From assembly GCA_041672465.1 (NCBI GenBank), contig JBAYZO010000004.1, positions 4,951 to 68,950 of the forward strand: a stretch of 64,000 nucleotides of DNA, read 5' to 3'. The translations under genes and the position numbers were made by a program. How positions within the stretch are numbered: the first letter of the stretch is position 1; each line of letters begins with the position of its first letter. The notes beneath the pieces were generated by a model. It searched no databases. It was given only the letters and a program-made list of their open reading frames with translations, and was not told where the DNA came from. This stretch comes from Eubacteriales bacterium. Lineage in GTDB: Bacteria; Bacillota; Clostridia; Oscillospirales; CAG-382. Of the stretch, positions 37,268 to 47,240 are shown piece by piece.

Positions 37268-38203
37268 TCAAACTTTATAGGCGCTCTCGAGGAGCGACAG
37301 GGTTTTTAGGAAGTATTCCGGATATTCCCCCTCAAACGCAAGCGTTTTACCCGTTATCGGATGAATAAATTCAATATATTTTGCGAAAAGGCACTGCCCT
37401 TTCAGCCCGAAAGGGTTTTTACCCCTGCCGTAAACGGTATCCCCCGTGATGGGGTGCCCCTGATGCGATAAATGAACGCGGATTTGATGCGTCCGCCCGG
37501 TCTCAAGCGTCAGCTCGATATGCGTATACCCGTTGTATTTTGTAATAACGCGGTAGCGGGTAAGGGCGGCCTTTGAGCTCTTGCTCGTCACCGCCATTTT
37601 CTTGCGGTCTTTTACGCTCCTGCCTATGGGGAGGTCAATTTCGCCGCTGTCCCTTGAAAAACCGCCGTCGCAGACCGCCTCATACCTGCGGGTGAACGAA
37701 TGAAGGGCTATCTGACGGGCTAACTTAAAATGCGATTCGTCTGTCTTCGCCACCACCAAAAGCCCGGAGGTGTCTTTGTCAAGCCTGTGCACAATCCCCG
37801 GCCTTATCACTCCGTTTATGGTTGAAAGCCTCCCCTTGCAGTGGTAGAGCAGGGCGTTGACAAGCGTGCCGTCTTTGTTCCCCGCCGACGGGTGAACCAC
37901 CATTCCCTTTGGCTTGTCAACCACAAGGAGGTATTCGTCCTCATATAAAACGCTTATTTCAAGCGCCTGAGGGGTTGCTCTCAGCTCGGACTGAGGGGGT
38001 AAGCTCGCCTCTACATTGTCGCCTAAGTTTAGCTTATGGTTTTTCGGGGCTTTTTTGCCGTTGACAAATACAAGCCCTTGCGCTATCACCGTTTGGGCGA
38101 ACGACCGGCTTATCCCGAAAAAGCCCGCCAGCGCCACGTCAAGGCGAAGTCCGACACGCGGCTGTTCAACGGTAAAAGTACGCTTATCACTCACTTGTCT
38201 CAC
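37268..38203 (-). CDS. rluD: RluA-family 23S rRNA pseudouridine synthase (RluD-like)
   Basis: An S4 domain followed by HRLDKDTSGLLVVAKT and GRTHQIRVHL. It follows lspA as in Bacillus. Confidence 0.88.
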   Translation of the reverse strand: MRQVSDKRTFTVEQPRVGLRLDVALAGFFGISRSFAQTVIAQGLVFVNGKKAPKNHKLNLGDNVEASLPPQSELRATPQALEISVLYEDEYLLVVDKPKGMVVHPSAGNKDGTLVNALLYHCKGRLSTINGVIRPGIVHRLDKDTSGLLVVAKTDESHFKLARQIALHSFTRRYEAVCDGGFSRDSGEIDLPIGRSVKDRKKMAVTSKSSKAALTRYRVITKYNGYTHIELTLETGRTHQIRVHLSHQGHPITGDTVYGRGKNPFGLKGQCLFAKYIEFIHPITGKTLAFEGEYPEYFLKTLSLLESAYKV

Positions 38204-38717
38204 CGCCGTCGGGGTTTTCGGGCTCCGGAAACGTTTTTGCCTTTAATTTTTCCTCGACTTTTTTCTCAAAGAAAACAATATAAACGCCGAGACACACCGC
38301 GCCGATAGTTATAAAAGAATCGGCGACGTTGAAAATTGCGAATTTTATAAATTTAAACTCAAAAAAATCGGTGACGGCCTTTTCCCCGCCCACCCCATTG
38401 ACAAAAAGGCGGTCTATCATGTTGCCTATTCCGCCCCCCGTGATAAGGGAAAGCGACACGGTGAGCAGGTTATGCCTTTTGCCGTATTTCCGCAAAACCC
38501 AAATGAGAACCGCGATGGCGAGCGTTGACGAAACTATAAAAACCCATCTTTTGTCCCCGAGCATGCCAAAGGCGGCCCCTCTGTTTTCGGTATAGGTTAA
38601 ATTAATAACCCCGGGGATAAGCGCGACGCTGTCGCCGATGTTCATAAGCAGCCTTACGAAAAACTTTGAAAGCTGGTCGAGCGCCACCGCGCCGAGAACA
38701 ATAAGAAAAGCAAGCAT
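38187..38717 (-). CDS. lspA: Lipoprotein signal peptidase II
   Basis: 176 aa with four TM segments and the motifs NRGAAFG and FNVADS. Confidence 0.9.
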   Translation of the reverse strand: MLAFLIVLGAVALDQLSKFFVRLLMNIGDSVALIPGVINLTYTENRGAAFGMLGDKRWVFIVSSTLAIAVLIWVLRKYGKRHNLLTVSLSLITGGGIGNMIDRLFVNGVGGEKAVTDFFEFKFIKFAIFNVADSFITIGAVCLGVYIVFFEKKVEEKLKAKTFPEPENPDGGETSE

Positions 38718-41531
38718 TTACCTCACCGCCAAAGCGCACCTTTCGCAAAGGTGCTGACCGCCGCCGTCCTCGACAAACACGTCCACGCTCTTCCAGCATC
38801 TCGCGCATTTTTCGCCCGACGCGGGTTTTACCAAAACATATATCCCCGTGGACTCGTCATAAAAAGAGTTCTCAGGGGGGGTTCCATGGCTGATTTTGGC
38901 TCTGCTGGTTATAAAGATATCGCTAAGCGTTTCGCTGTGAGAGCCAAAAACCTTAATCGCGTCAAGGTTTTTGTCCCCGTAAATAACCACGTCGGCGTCA
39001 AGCGGCTTCCCGATTATTTTAGCGGCTCTCGCCTCCTCAAGCGCTTTAAGCACGGCGTCGCGGTATTCAAAAAGTTTGTCATAATCTTCGGGAACGGCGT
39101 TTTCTTCCGTCAGCACTGCCCCGTCATAACCCGGGAGCAGGTTTAAAAACACGCTTTCTTTGTCGTCGCCGCCCGCGTGGCTCATGCTCCCCCACGCCTC
39201 CTCGGCGGTGAAAGACAAAATCGGCGCCAACATTCTAACAAGGCAGGACAGCGAGGTATACATTACCGTTTGAACCCGTCTTCGGGAGAGCGAGTTTGAC
39301 TTTTCGCAGTAAACGCGGTCTTTTGTTATATCGATATAGATTTTTGAAAGGTTTATCGAACAGAAATTGTGGATTTCATGATAAACGATATGAAATTCAT
39401 AGTTGCGGTACGCCTTATCGACCGTTTTGACAAGCGAGTCAAGCCCGTTTAAGAGCCATTTGTCAATCGGCCCGAGCTTGCCGAACGGAACCATGTCGGT
39501 TTCAGGGTCAAAATTGTTTTTATCGCCTAAGTTCGCCAGCAGAATCCTCAGCGTGTTGCGGATTTTTCTGTAAGACTCCGAAAGCTGCTTGAATATCTCG
39601 TCCGACGCCCTCACGTCAACCCTGTAATCGGAGGCGGCGACCCAAAGCCTAAGCATATCGGCGCCGTACTTGCCGATAACCTCCTCGGGAGCCATGGAGT
39701 TCCCGGCGGACTTGTGCATCGCCTTGCCCTCGCCGTCGACAACCCAGCCGTGGGTCAAAACCTGTCTGTACGGCGCGCCGCTGTCCTTTGCCCCTACGGC
39801 GGTGAGGAGTGATGACTGGAACCATCCCCGGTATTGGTCCGCCCCCTCGAGATACATGGCGGCGGGCCAAGTCATGTTTTCGTCCCCCTCAAGCACCGCG
39901 AAATGAGTCGAGCCGGAGTCAAACCAGCCGTCAAGGGTGTCGGTCTCTTTTTTAAAGCTCCCCCCGCCGCATTTCGGGCAGAAATAACCGCCCGGCAGCA
40001 GTTCGCCGGTTTCTCGTGTGAACCAAGCGTTGGAGCCCTCTTCCCCAAAGATTTTTGATATATGCTCAATGGTTTTGTCTTCGCAGATAATTTCGCCGCA
40101 GTCCTCGCAGTAGAAGACGGGAATGGGAAGCCCCCAGTGCCTTTGCCGGGATATGCACCAGTCGGACCTCTCTTTTATCATGGATATCATTCGCTCGCCG
40201 CCCCAGCCCGGCAGCCACTCCACCTCTTTTGAGGCGGCTATCGCCTTATCCCTGAACGCCGAAACGGAAATAAACCACTGAGGGGTAGCCCTGAAGATTA
40301 TGGGGTTTTTACACCGCCAGCAGTGCGGGTATTGGTGAGTTATGGCGCTTGACGAAAACAACGCGCCCGTATCTTCCAAATATTTTATTATAGCGGAGTT
40401 TGATTCCTCGTAGAACATCCCCGCGAACGGTCCGGCGTCTTTTGTCTGGTAGCCGCGGTCGTCGACCGGAACCACAATTTCAAGCGAGTATTTCACCCCG
40501 GTGTGATAGTCGTCCCCGCCGAACCCCGGCGCCGTGTGCACGCACCCCGTGCCGCTGTCTGTCGTAACATAGTCGGCAAGGCAAATGAGGGAGTTTCTGT
40601 CAAGAAACGGATGGCTTGCCGTCATGTTTTCAAAAAAGCTCCCTTTTTCTTTGCCTATGACCTCGTAATCTTCTATGCCGCCCTTTGAGAAAACCTCCCC
40701 GACAAGTTCCTCGGCGACAATATAAACGCTGCCGCCCGCCCTCACAAGCGAATAATCCTCCCGCGGGTGGAGCGCGATAGCCATATTCCCGGGGAGAGTC
40801 CAAGGGGTGGTGGTCCATATTATAAAGTAAATTCCGTTTTTTTCGGCAACATTTTTAAGCTTTCCGTTATCGTTTGATAGCTTAAACTTTACATAAACCG
40901 ATGCGCTTGGGGTTTCCCCGTATTCGATTTCCGCCTCGGCAAGGGCGGTCTCGTCCTTCGGGCACCAGTAGACGGGCTTTAACCCTTTGTATATAAAGCG
41001 CTGTTTATACAGCTCGCCGAAAACTTTAACCTCCCTTGACTCAAAAGAGGGGTCCATTGTAAGGTAAGGGTTTTCCCAGTCCCCGAACACGCCCAGCCTT
41101 TTAAAAGATAGGCGCTGAACGTCCACAAAATGGCTCGCGAACTCGCCGCAAGCCTTGCGGAAATCGGGGATGGACATTTTCTTTCGATCAAGCTTGTTCT
41201 TTTTAATAATGGCAGACTCAATGGGCATGCCGTGATTGTCCCACCCCGGCCGGTAGGGGGATCTGAACCCCGCCATGGATTTTGATTTGACGATAAAATC
41301 CTTTAGGATTTTGTTAAGCGCCGTCCCCATATGAATGCTGCCGTTGGAAAACGGCGGGCCGTCGTGGAGCACAAAGGGGGGGAGCCCCTCCGCTTTTTTC
41401 TGCATGAGAAAATAGAGGTTTTGACCCTCCCACTTTTTACTTATTTCCGGTTCCTTAATAGTAAGATTCGCCCTCATCGGAAAACCGGTTGAGGGCAAAT
41501 TAAGAGTGTCTTTATAGTCGCGCATGATCAA
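38718..41531 (-). CDS. ileS: Isoleucine--tRNA ligase
   Basis: 937 aa with a HIGH-type motif (PFSNGSIHMGT), KMSKS replaced by KMHKS, and C-terminal Zn-binding CxxC pairs. Confidence 0.97.
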   Translation of the reverse strand: MIMRDYKDTLNLPSTGFPMRANLTIKEPEISKKWEGQNLYFLMQKKAEGLPPFVLHDGPPFSNGSIHMGTALNKILKDFIVKSKSMAGFRSPYRPGWDNHGMPIESAIIKKNKLDRKKMSIPDFRKACGEFASHFVDVQRLSFKRLGVFGDWENPYLTMDPSFESREVKVFGELYKQRFIYKGLKPVYWCPKDETALAEAEIEYGETPSASVYVKFKLSNDNGKLKNVAEKNGIYFIIWTTTPWTLPGNMAIALHPREDYSLVRAGGSVYIVAEELVGEVFSKGGIEDYEVIGKEKGSFFENMTASHPFLDRNSLICLADYVTTDSGTGCVHTAPGFGGDDYHTGVKYSLEIVVPVDDRGYQTKDAGPFAGMFYEESNSAIIKYLEDTGALFSSSAITHQYPHCWRCKNPIIFRATPQWFISVSAFRDKAIAASKEVEWLPGWGGERMISMIKERSDWCISRQRHWGLPIPVFYCEDCGEIICEDKTIEHISKIFGEEGSNAWFTRETGELLPGGYFCPKCGGGSFKKETDTLDGWFDSGSTHFAVLEGDENMTWPAAMYLEGADQYRGWFQSSLLTAVGAKDSGAPYRQVLTHGWVVDGEGKAMHKSAGNSMAPEEVIGKYGADMLRLWVAASDYRVDVRASDEIFKQLSESYRKIRNTLRILLANLGDKNNFDPETDMVPFGKLGPIDKWLLNGLDSLVKTVDKAYRNYEFHIVYHEIHNFCSINLSKIYIDITKDRVYCEKSNSLSRRRVQTVMYTSLSCLVRMLAPILSFTAEEAWGSMSHAGGDDKESVFLNLLPGYDGAVLTEENAVPEDYDKLFEYRDAVLKALEEARAAKIIGKPLDADVVIYGDKNLDAIKVFGSHSETLSDIFITSRAKISHGTPPENSFYDESTGIYVLVKPASGEKCARCWKSVDVFVEDGGGQHLCERCALAVR

Positions 41532-41566
41532 AAAATGCCTTTCAGTTATTCTCGCCGCCCGGACGG

Positions 41567-42415
41567 TTAAACTTCCCCGTCCTCGCCCTCGCTGTCAATG
41601 TCATTATCTTCAATTTCATCATAATCTTCGGAAATTTCTTCATCGCTCGGCTCTTGGGTTGCACCCCGCCTTTGGCTTTCGGGTATATCTTCTGTGTCCG
41701 ATATGTCCGGTATTTCGCCGCTGTCGGCTTTTGTTTGCTCTTCACCGGTAAGTCCGGGGTTGTTTTGCTTTTTGGTCAGCTCTTTAATGTATTCCTCGCT
41801 TGAGATTTCCCTTTTTTCGGGTATGGAGGCGAGTTCGGGAACGGCGTTTAAATCTGCGTCTTCCCGCCGCTGCTCGTCAAGGGAAACTTCGTCCTTGAGC
41901 GCCGTTTTAACGTCGGAAAAAATCTTATTTATAATATCCGTCTCATTAGGCAGCACGATATCCTCAAGCTCGTTGACCGAAATAGACTGGAGATCTTCTA
42001 TATGCTGGCGGTAAAGGTCGTACACATTCTTTTTAAAGTCAAGTATCTTGGTGCGGAGGAGCCACATCTCCTGCTTTTCGTCGCCGAGCTGCTCGCGGAA
42101 CTCTGAAATGATTAAATCGCAGCGGTCTTTGATAGAGCCGGTTATGACCTCGGCTTTTTCATTGGCGTCGCGGATAATTTTCTCCCCCAACTTCTGCGAT
42201 TTCAGCAGGGTTGAGCGTATCGCCTCTTCCTCGTCTTTAATCTCGTCAAGATTTGTCACGACAATCTTCAGCTTTCTCTCAAGCTCGCTGTTTTCGCGGT
42301 AAAGAGTTGTGTATGTATCGACAAGAAACTCAATATAATCGTCAACCTCTGCCGGGTTATAGCCGCGCATAACCTTTGAAAATGTTTTGTTTTTTAGTTC
42401 GTGCGGAGCAAGCAT
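41567..42415 (-). CDS. divIVA: DivIVA-domain cell division protein with long acidic C-terminal tail
   Basis: The N-terminus LAPHELKNKTFSKVMRGYNPAEVDDYIEFL, a coiled coil, and then about 100 D/E/S-rich residues. Confidence 0.88.
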   Translation of the reverse strand: MLAPHELKNKTFSKVMRGYNPAEVDDYIEFLVDTYTTLYRENSELERKLKIVVTNLDEIKDEEEAIRSTLLKSQKLGEKIIRDANEKAEVITGSIKDRCDLIISEFREQLGDEKQEMWLLRTKILDFKKNVYDLYRQHIEDLQSISVNELEDIVLPNETDIINKIFSDVKTALKDEVSLDEQRREDADLNAVPELASIPEKREISSEEYIKELTKKQNNPGLTGEEQTKADSGEIPDISDTEDIPESQRRGATQEPSDEEISEDYDEIEDNDIDSEGEDGEV

Positions 42416-42469
42416 TCAGTGACCTCCTTTAAGGCTTTCTCGCGGGGGACAGGCCGCCGCTTTAATGTT

Positions 42470-42742
42470 TTATATAAAGAGGACGAGAAGTCCCCTTATT
42501 AAAAAAAGCAGGATAAACGCGAACACATTGGAAAAATCAATGGGCATGGAGGAAAAAAGCTCGGATTTATAAAGCACCGATCTCACCGACATTATAAGGG
42601 GTTCGGTAGTGGCGTAGATAAAAGAAAACGCCGCCCCCTCCTCAACGGCGAACAGGGGGTATAAAACCCTTATTACAAGCATCATGCTGAGTACCGAAAG
42701 GTACAGCAATACCGTGCTCATTGTTACATATACAAAAGTCAA
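42470..42742 (-). CDS. YggT family membrane protein
   Basis: 90 aa with two TM segments. It sits between sepF and divIVA as ylmG does in Bacillus. TTG start. Confidence 0.8.
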   Translation of the reverse strand: MTFVYVTMSTVLLYLSVLSMMLVIRVLYPLFAVEEGAAFSFIYATTEPLIMSVRSVLYKSELFSSMPIDFSNVFAFILLFLIRGLLVLFI

Positions 42743-42816
42743 TTCAATACCACCAAAAATTAAAAGAATTAAGTTAAAAAAAGCTTTTTATAATAATGTC
42801 TCAAAGACTAAAGCGG

Positions 42817-43275
42817 CTAAAACAGTTCTCTCGGCTGTTTTCTCGCGGAAGAGCCGGAGCCGGGCATATCGTCGGTCTCTTTTTGTTCCCCGGTGACTTC
42901 AACGTGCGGCGGGGTAATGACATAAGTCGAAGACGACACCCGCTTAAGCTGTCCGTTAATGGCGTATGTCACTCCGAAGAGGAAATCAATTATTCTTATA
43001 ATGGTTTCTTTGTTCGCGTCCTCAAGGTTCAGCACGACGGTTCTGTGCTCAAGCAGATGGGAAGCGATTTTTGTCACGTCCTCGTATTTTTCGGGTTTGC
43101 ACACCTTCATTTCCAAGGACGATGTCGACGCGATGCCGCCGCTTATTTTGGAGGCGGAGGTAAGGGGCGATTTTTCGTCCTGCGCCATTTCCTCTTCGTC
43201 ATATCCTTCTCTGAATTCGTCGACATATTCGTTTTCCCCCCTGAAAAGGTCGGACAAACGGTTCATGATACCCAT
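42817..43275 (-). CDS. sepF: Cell division protein SepF
   Basis: C-terminal SepF domain (VVLNLEDANKETIIRIIDFLFGVTYAINGQ). I prefer the ATG at 43275, with GGAGG 8 nt upstream. Confidence 0.88.
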   Translation of the reverse strand: MGIMNRLSDLFRGENEYVDEFREGYDEEEMAQDEKSPLTSASKISGGIASTSSLEMKVCKPEKYEDVTKIASHLLEHRTVVLNLEDANKETIIRIIDFLFGVTYAINGQLKRVSSSTYVITPPHVEVTGEQKETDDMPGSGSSARKQPRELF

Positions 43276-43303
43276 TCTATGTACCTCCAAAATGATAATG
43301 GTT

Positions 43304-43990
43304 TTAACTCCGCGGGCCGAATATCCCTTCGCCTACGCGCACCAAAGTGGAACCCGCGTCCACGGCCTCTTTAAAGTCATGGCTCATTCCAAGCGAAAGG
43401 ATTTCCATCGCGGTATTACCCATAATGATATTATCCACATTTAATGACTTAAAGTCAATAAATTTCTGGCTTATTTTTGTAAAAAATAAAATATTTTTCG
43501 TTTTATCGCTTGTTTTTGGCAAAACACCCATAAGTCCGCGAATAAAAACATTGGAAAACCCCGAAACGCTCTTTAAAAAGGGTTCGACCTCCTCGAGCGA
43601 GATCCCGCCTTTTGACTCTTCTCCCCCAAGGTTAACCTCAACCAAGCAGTTTTGCGTCTTCCCCGCTACCCTCGCGCGCTTGTTAATCTCCTCCGCGAGA
43701 CTGACGGAATCAAGCGAATGAATAAGCGAAACCTTGTCTATTATATGCTTTACTTTATTTCTTTGAAGCCGCCCGATAAAGTGAATTTCAAAACGCTTGT
43801 CAAGGTACGGGTATTTTTCCAAAAGCTCGTTTGCCCGGTTTTCGCCTATGACATGAACCCCAAGGTCATAAATAGAGTTTATAACGCTCACGGGGATAGT
43901 CTTTGTCGCCGCGAGAAGCGTCGCTCTCCCGCCGAGGCAGGTAAGAATACCGTCAATGTTTTGCTTTAGTATATCTTTGTCCTGTATCAT
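43304..43990 (-). CDS. YggS-family pyridoxal phosphate homeostasis protein
   Basis: 228 aa with LLAATKT, IGENRANEL and HFIGRLQRNK. Confidence 0.9.
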   Translation of the reverse strand: MIQDKDILKQNIDGILTCLGGRATLLAATKTIPVSVINSIYDLGVHVIGENRANELLEKYPYLDKRFEIHFIGRLQRNKVKHIIDKVSLIHSLDSVSLAEEINKRARVAGKTQNCLVEVNLGGEESKGGISLEEVEPFLKSVSGFSNVFIRGLMGVLPKTSDKTKNILFFTKISQKFIDFKSLNVDNIIMGNTAMEILSLGMSHDFKEAVDAGSTLVRVGEGIFGPRS

Positions 43991-45243
43991 TGTATTATTT
44001 TTCCCTCATAAAGGCCCCTTCCGGCGGTTATAACCGGGTCGTAAAGCGACAGCAGTGAAGACGAAATTTTATTTATATCGTTTTTATCCGGAAGAGCGCA
44101 GATCGAGTAGCCGTTTTCCTCGTACAGCACTTCCGTGGACTTAAACTTAACCGACGTGCCGTTGAGCGTGAAAACTCCTGTCTTGCCGTCGACAACCCTT
44201 ATCGCTGAAGTCGGTATTTTCAGCCCCTCATAGCTTGAGGTGATAATCTCAACCGGCTGGCTCCGGGTATAGTTAAAATTATCTATGTGCGAGAAAGTTG
44301 AGATCACCATAACCGAAGTGTCGTAATTGGTCTGGGAGATTACTTTCTCAATTTTCATTTTAACGACAACGCCGTCGGAATAAGGAAACCTCACCTCAAT
44401 TATTCCGCTTCTCCCCGCAAGGTCGGTCAGCCTGTTCACCGTTTTCTTGTCAAGGCTTAACGTGAGATACCACTTGACCGAGGTTATCATCTTTCCGTAT
44501 GAATTTGACAAGACCGCGGAATCGGGAAGACAATCCTCAAGCGCGTAATACTGCTCAAGCGTCATGCTGTTTAAAAAATCAATCGCGAATATATTCTCGT
44601 ACCCGTCGGGGACGGCGTAAAAATAGCCCGACTCGTTTGTGGTAAAGCCGGTCGACGCCCCCGTAAGGCTGTTTTCAAGCGACTGTATCTGCCGCTTGTA
44701 AACGTCTATAACCATATCATAGCCGCTTGCGGCTGTTATCACCGAAGACCGCCTGTTCATATATATAAGGAGCTCGTCCTCGTTAAGGGAGGCCGACGAG
44801 AGCTTTCTCGAACCGACCGCCGAGACGATATTGCTAAGGCGCGAGACAATTGACGCGTCAAGCGTCTCGAGGTCACGCGTGGAATATGTTTTAATTATCG
44901 AAGACCGCTCAAGCACGGCTATTTTTTTGTGAAGCTCGTTTATTTGCTCCTGTACTTTAGCGTCCGAGTCAAGCTCGTACACCTTAAAAACCTCCGCGCC
45001 TTTATAGGCTTTTTCCCCGTCGCGGAAAAAATAACAAGCCGTGCCCTCGCCGCCCCCCATAATGACTTTCTCGTCCCTGAAAACATAGGCGTTTACCGGC
45101 AGCACCTTGCTTATGGAGGCGTACAGGGCGTTTTCAACCTCAATAATATCGCCTATGGTCATGCTTATCTGAACCGCGGTATAAGCCATTATCCCCAGCG
45201 CGAAAATTGCTGTTAACAGTTGTTTTGTAAAGCGTTTGAGCAC
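43987..45243 (-). CDS. Membrane-anchored HlyD-like (barrel-sandwich plus coiled-coil) protein, tentative
   Basis: 418 aa with an N-terminal TM segment, coiled-coil segments (VQEQINELHKKIAVLERS) and a beta-rich C-terminus. GTG start with TAGGAG upstream. Confidence 0.4.
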   Translation of the reverse strand: MLKRFTKQLLTAIFALGIMAYTAVQISMTIGDIIEVENALYASISKVLPVNAYVFRDEKVIMGGGEGTACYFFRDGEKAYKGAEVFKVYELDSDAKVQEQINELHKKIAVLERSSIIKTYSTRDLETLDASIVSRLSNIVSAVGSRKLSSASLNEDELLIYMNRRSSVITAASGYDMVIDVYKRQIQSLENSLTGASTGFTTNESGYFYAVPDGYENIFAIDFLNSMTLEQYYALEDCLPDSAVLSNSYGKMITSVKWYLTLSLDKKTVNRLTDLAGRSGIIEVRFPYSDGVVVKMKIEKVISQTNYDTSVMVISTFSHIDNFNYTRSQPVEIITSSYEGLKIPTSAIRVVDGKTGVFTLNGTSVKFKSTEVLYEENGYSICALPDKNDINKISSSLLSLYDPVITAGRGLYEGKIIQ

Positions 45244-45266
45244 GACGACACTCCTAAAAAAGCCGG

Positions 45267-46217
45267 CTACGGCGTTTGTAAATATTCCCCGACAAGGGAA
45301 AAAACCCTGTCCTCATAATTTTTGTCTTTTATATCTATAAAATTAACTTCGCTCCTGCCGCGAAACCGATTAAAAAACGTAGTCTGCCTTTTGGCGTAAT
45401 TTCTTGTGGATTTTTTTATTTCTTCTTTTGCCGTCTCAAGCGAGCGCTCGCCTTTGAAATAAGGAAAAAGCTCTTTATACCCAATGGCGGCAGAGGCGGT
45501 GGGGGTTTCTTCAAGCCCTTTCCGCATAAGGGTTTCAACCTCGTCCAAAAGACCGGCGGTAAACATTTTTTCCACTCTTTCGTTTACGCGGGAATAAATA
45601 TAATCCCTGTCTTTAGAATATAAAAAGATATAAAGCGGGGAATACGCCGCGTTTCCTTGCGAAAATGTGTTAAGCTCGGCGCGGGTTTTTCCCGTGGCGT
45701 AATAAAGTTCAAGATACCTGCTTACGCGGCGGATATTGTTCGGGTGGGTTGTGGCGGCAAGGCTTGGGTCGATTTTCTTAAGCTCATCATAGAGGGACGA
45801 ATTACCGAAAGCTTCCGCCCTGTTCTTCAGCCAATTTCTTATCTCGGCGTCTCTCACATCCACTAAGTCCGCCGGCGCGCAAAACAGCCTTTCGATATAA
45901 AGCCCGGTGCCGCCGGTGACAAAAGATGTTTTCCCCGCTTTTTTAATTTCGCCGAGCGCCGCCTTTGCCAAGGAAATAAAAACCGCCAGCGAGTAGGGCT
46001 CGTCAATATCCAAAATATCTATAAGGTGGTGTTTAAAACGCGTTTGTTCGGCCTTTGAGGGCTTTGCCGTGCCTATATCCATGCCGCGGTAAACCTGCAT
46101 GGAATCGGCGGAGATTATCTCCCCCCCGAACTCTTTGCAAAGACCAAGCGAAACGCTTGACTTGCCCGAGGCGGTCTGACCGGATATCGCCACCGCTTTT
46201 ATGGTGTTTGCCGACAT
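45267..46217 (-). CDS. miaA: tRNA dimethylallyltransferase
   Basis: P-loop GQTASGKS and SADSMQVYRGMDIGTAKPS. Confidence 0.93.
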   Translation of the reverse strand: MSANTIKAVAISGQTASGKSSVSLGLCKEFGGEIISADSMQVYRGMDIGTAKPSKAEQTRFKHHLIDILDIDEPYSLAVFISLAKAALGEIKKAGKTSFVTGGTGLYIERLFCAPADLVDVRDAEIRNWLKNRAEAFGNSSLYDELKKIDPSLAATTHPNNIRRVSRYLELYYATGKTRAELNTFSQGNAAYSPLYIFLYSKDRDYIYSRVNERVEKMFTAGLLDEVETLMRKGLEETPTASAAIGYKELFPYFKGERSLETAKEEIKKSTRNYAKRQTTFFNRFRGRSEVNFIDIKDKNYEDRVFSLVGEYLQTP

Positions 46218-46369
46218 ACAACCCTACCTTTTAACAAAGTCATATACAAATCATCGCGTCCCCGATGTTTATGCGATATAAGATTGGTAATCTTTCGTTA
46301 TAAATCGTTAATTTTCCATGTGTTCCACAAGAAAAACGGCGCGGAACAAAACCACACCGTTTTGTGTTT

Positions 46370-46663
46370 TTACTGTTTCGCGTTTGTGGGTATAAATTCA
46401 AGTTTCAGTTTCATTCCCATTCCGTCAGCGAGTCTTTGTAATGTTTTCAGCGACGGGTTGGCATTGCCGTTTTCAAGTCTGCTGATATCAGCCTGCGGTA
46501 TGCCTGTGACATCAGCCAATTGCTTCTGCGTCAAAGATTTTTCTGCCCGTGAGTCAAGCATTGCTTTGATAATCTGATATTCAGGTTCAAGCGCGTCCCA
46601 TTCTTTTTTGAATTCAGGATTCTTCATTTGTTCGTTTAAAGTTTCCCTGAAATTCTTTTCCAT
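46370..46663 (-). CDS. XRE-family HTH antitoxin (HigA-like)
   Basis: 97 aa with the HTH LTQKQLADVTGIPQADISRLENG. Its start overlaps the toxin stop (ATAA). Confidence 0.8.
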   Translation of the reverse strand: MEKNFRETLNEQMKNPEFKKEWDALEPEYQIIKAMLDSRAEKSLTQKQLADVTGIPQADISRLENGNANPSLKTLQRLADGMGMKLKLEFIPTNAKQ

Positions 46664-47025
46664 TATAAATTCTCCTTTCTGAGTTCGTAATCAGCTCTAT
46701 ATTTTTTCGCAAGTTCGATTTCATTATCAGGCGTCTTTTGCGTTTTCTTAACAAAACCGTTTGTAAGAATTATTTTCTTTCCCGCAACAAAAAAATACAG
46801 AACTCTCGTTATATTATTCCCCTGAATTGCGCGGATTTCAAAAATTCCGTCAGAAAGTGATTTTGAATACGGTTCGCGCAATTCATTTCCTTTCAATTCA
46901 AGCAATTCAAGAAGACGAAATAACTTTGCGCGCATTTTTATGTCTTGTGAAAGAATAAATTCTTCTGCCGGACGCGTACCGTCACTTTTTTCATAAAACT
47001 CAACGTCAAACAGCTCTTTCATCAT
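46663..47025 (-). CDS. RelE/ParE-superfamily toxin of the phage Gp49-like (HigB-like) type
   Basis: 120 aa. Contains DGTRPAEEF...LREPYSKSLSDGIFEIR...RVLYFFVAGKKIILTNGFVKKTQKTP, and the toxin-first gene order is typical of HigBA. Confidence 0.8.
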   Translation of the reverse strand: MMKELFDVEFYEKSDGTRPAEEFILSQDIKMRAKLFRLLELLELKGNELREPYSKSLSDGIFEIRAIQGNNITRVLYFFVAGKKIILTNGFVKKTQKTPDNEIELAKKYRADYELRKENL

Positions 47026-47045
47026 CTTTAATTGTCCTCACCTAT

Positions 47046-47074
47046 ATTATATGTGGTAAAACACATATTGTCAA
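47046..47074 (-). promoter_or_regulatory. Consensus sigma-A promoter with embedded operator-like palindrome (toxin-antitoxin operon)
   Basis: The reverse strand reads TTGACA, 17 nt, TATAAT. The spacer and -10 contain ATATGTG-N6-CACATAT (47049-47068). Confidence 0.6.
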
Positions 47075-47240
47075 TAGGATACAAAAAATAATCAAAAATT
47101 TATTTTAATTTTATATCCCATAAGCATCGGTTGTTCGTCTCAAAAAACATTACCGTACAATATTCATAAAATAAAACAACAATCCCCAAAAGAGAAAAAG
47201 TAATACGCCGATTTTTGTTACGTTCTCCACACGTCTCTGT

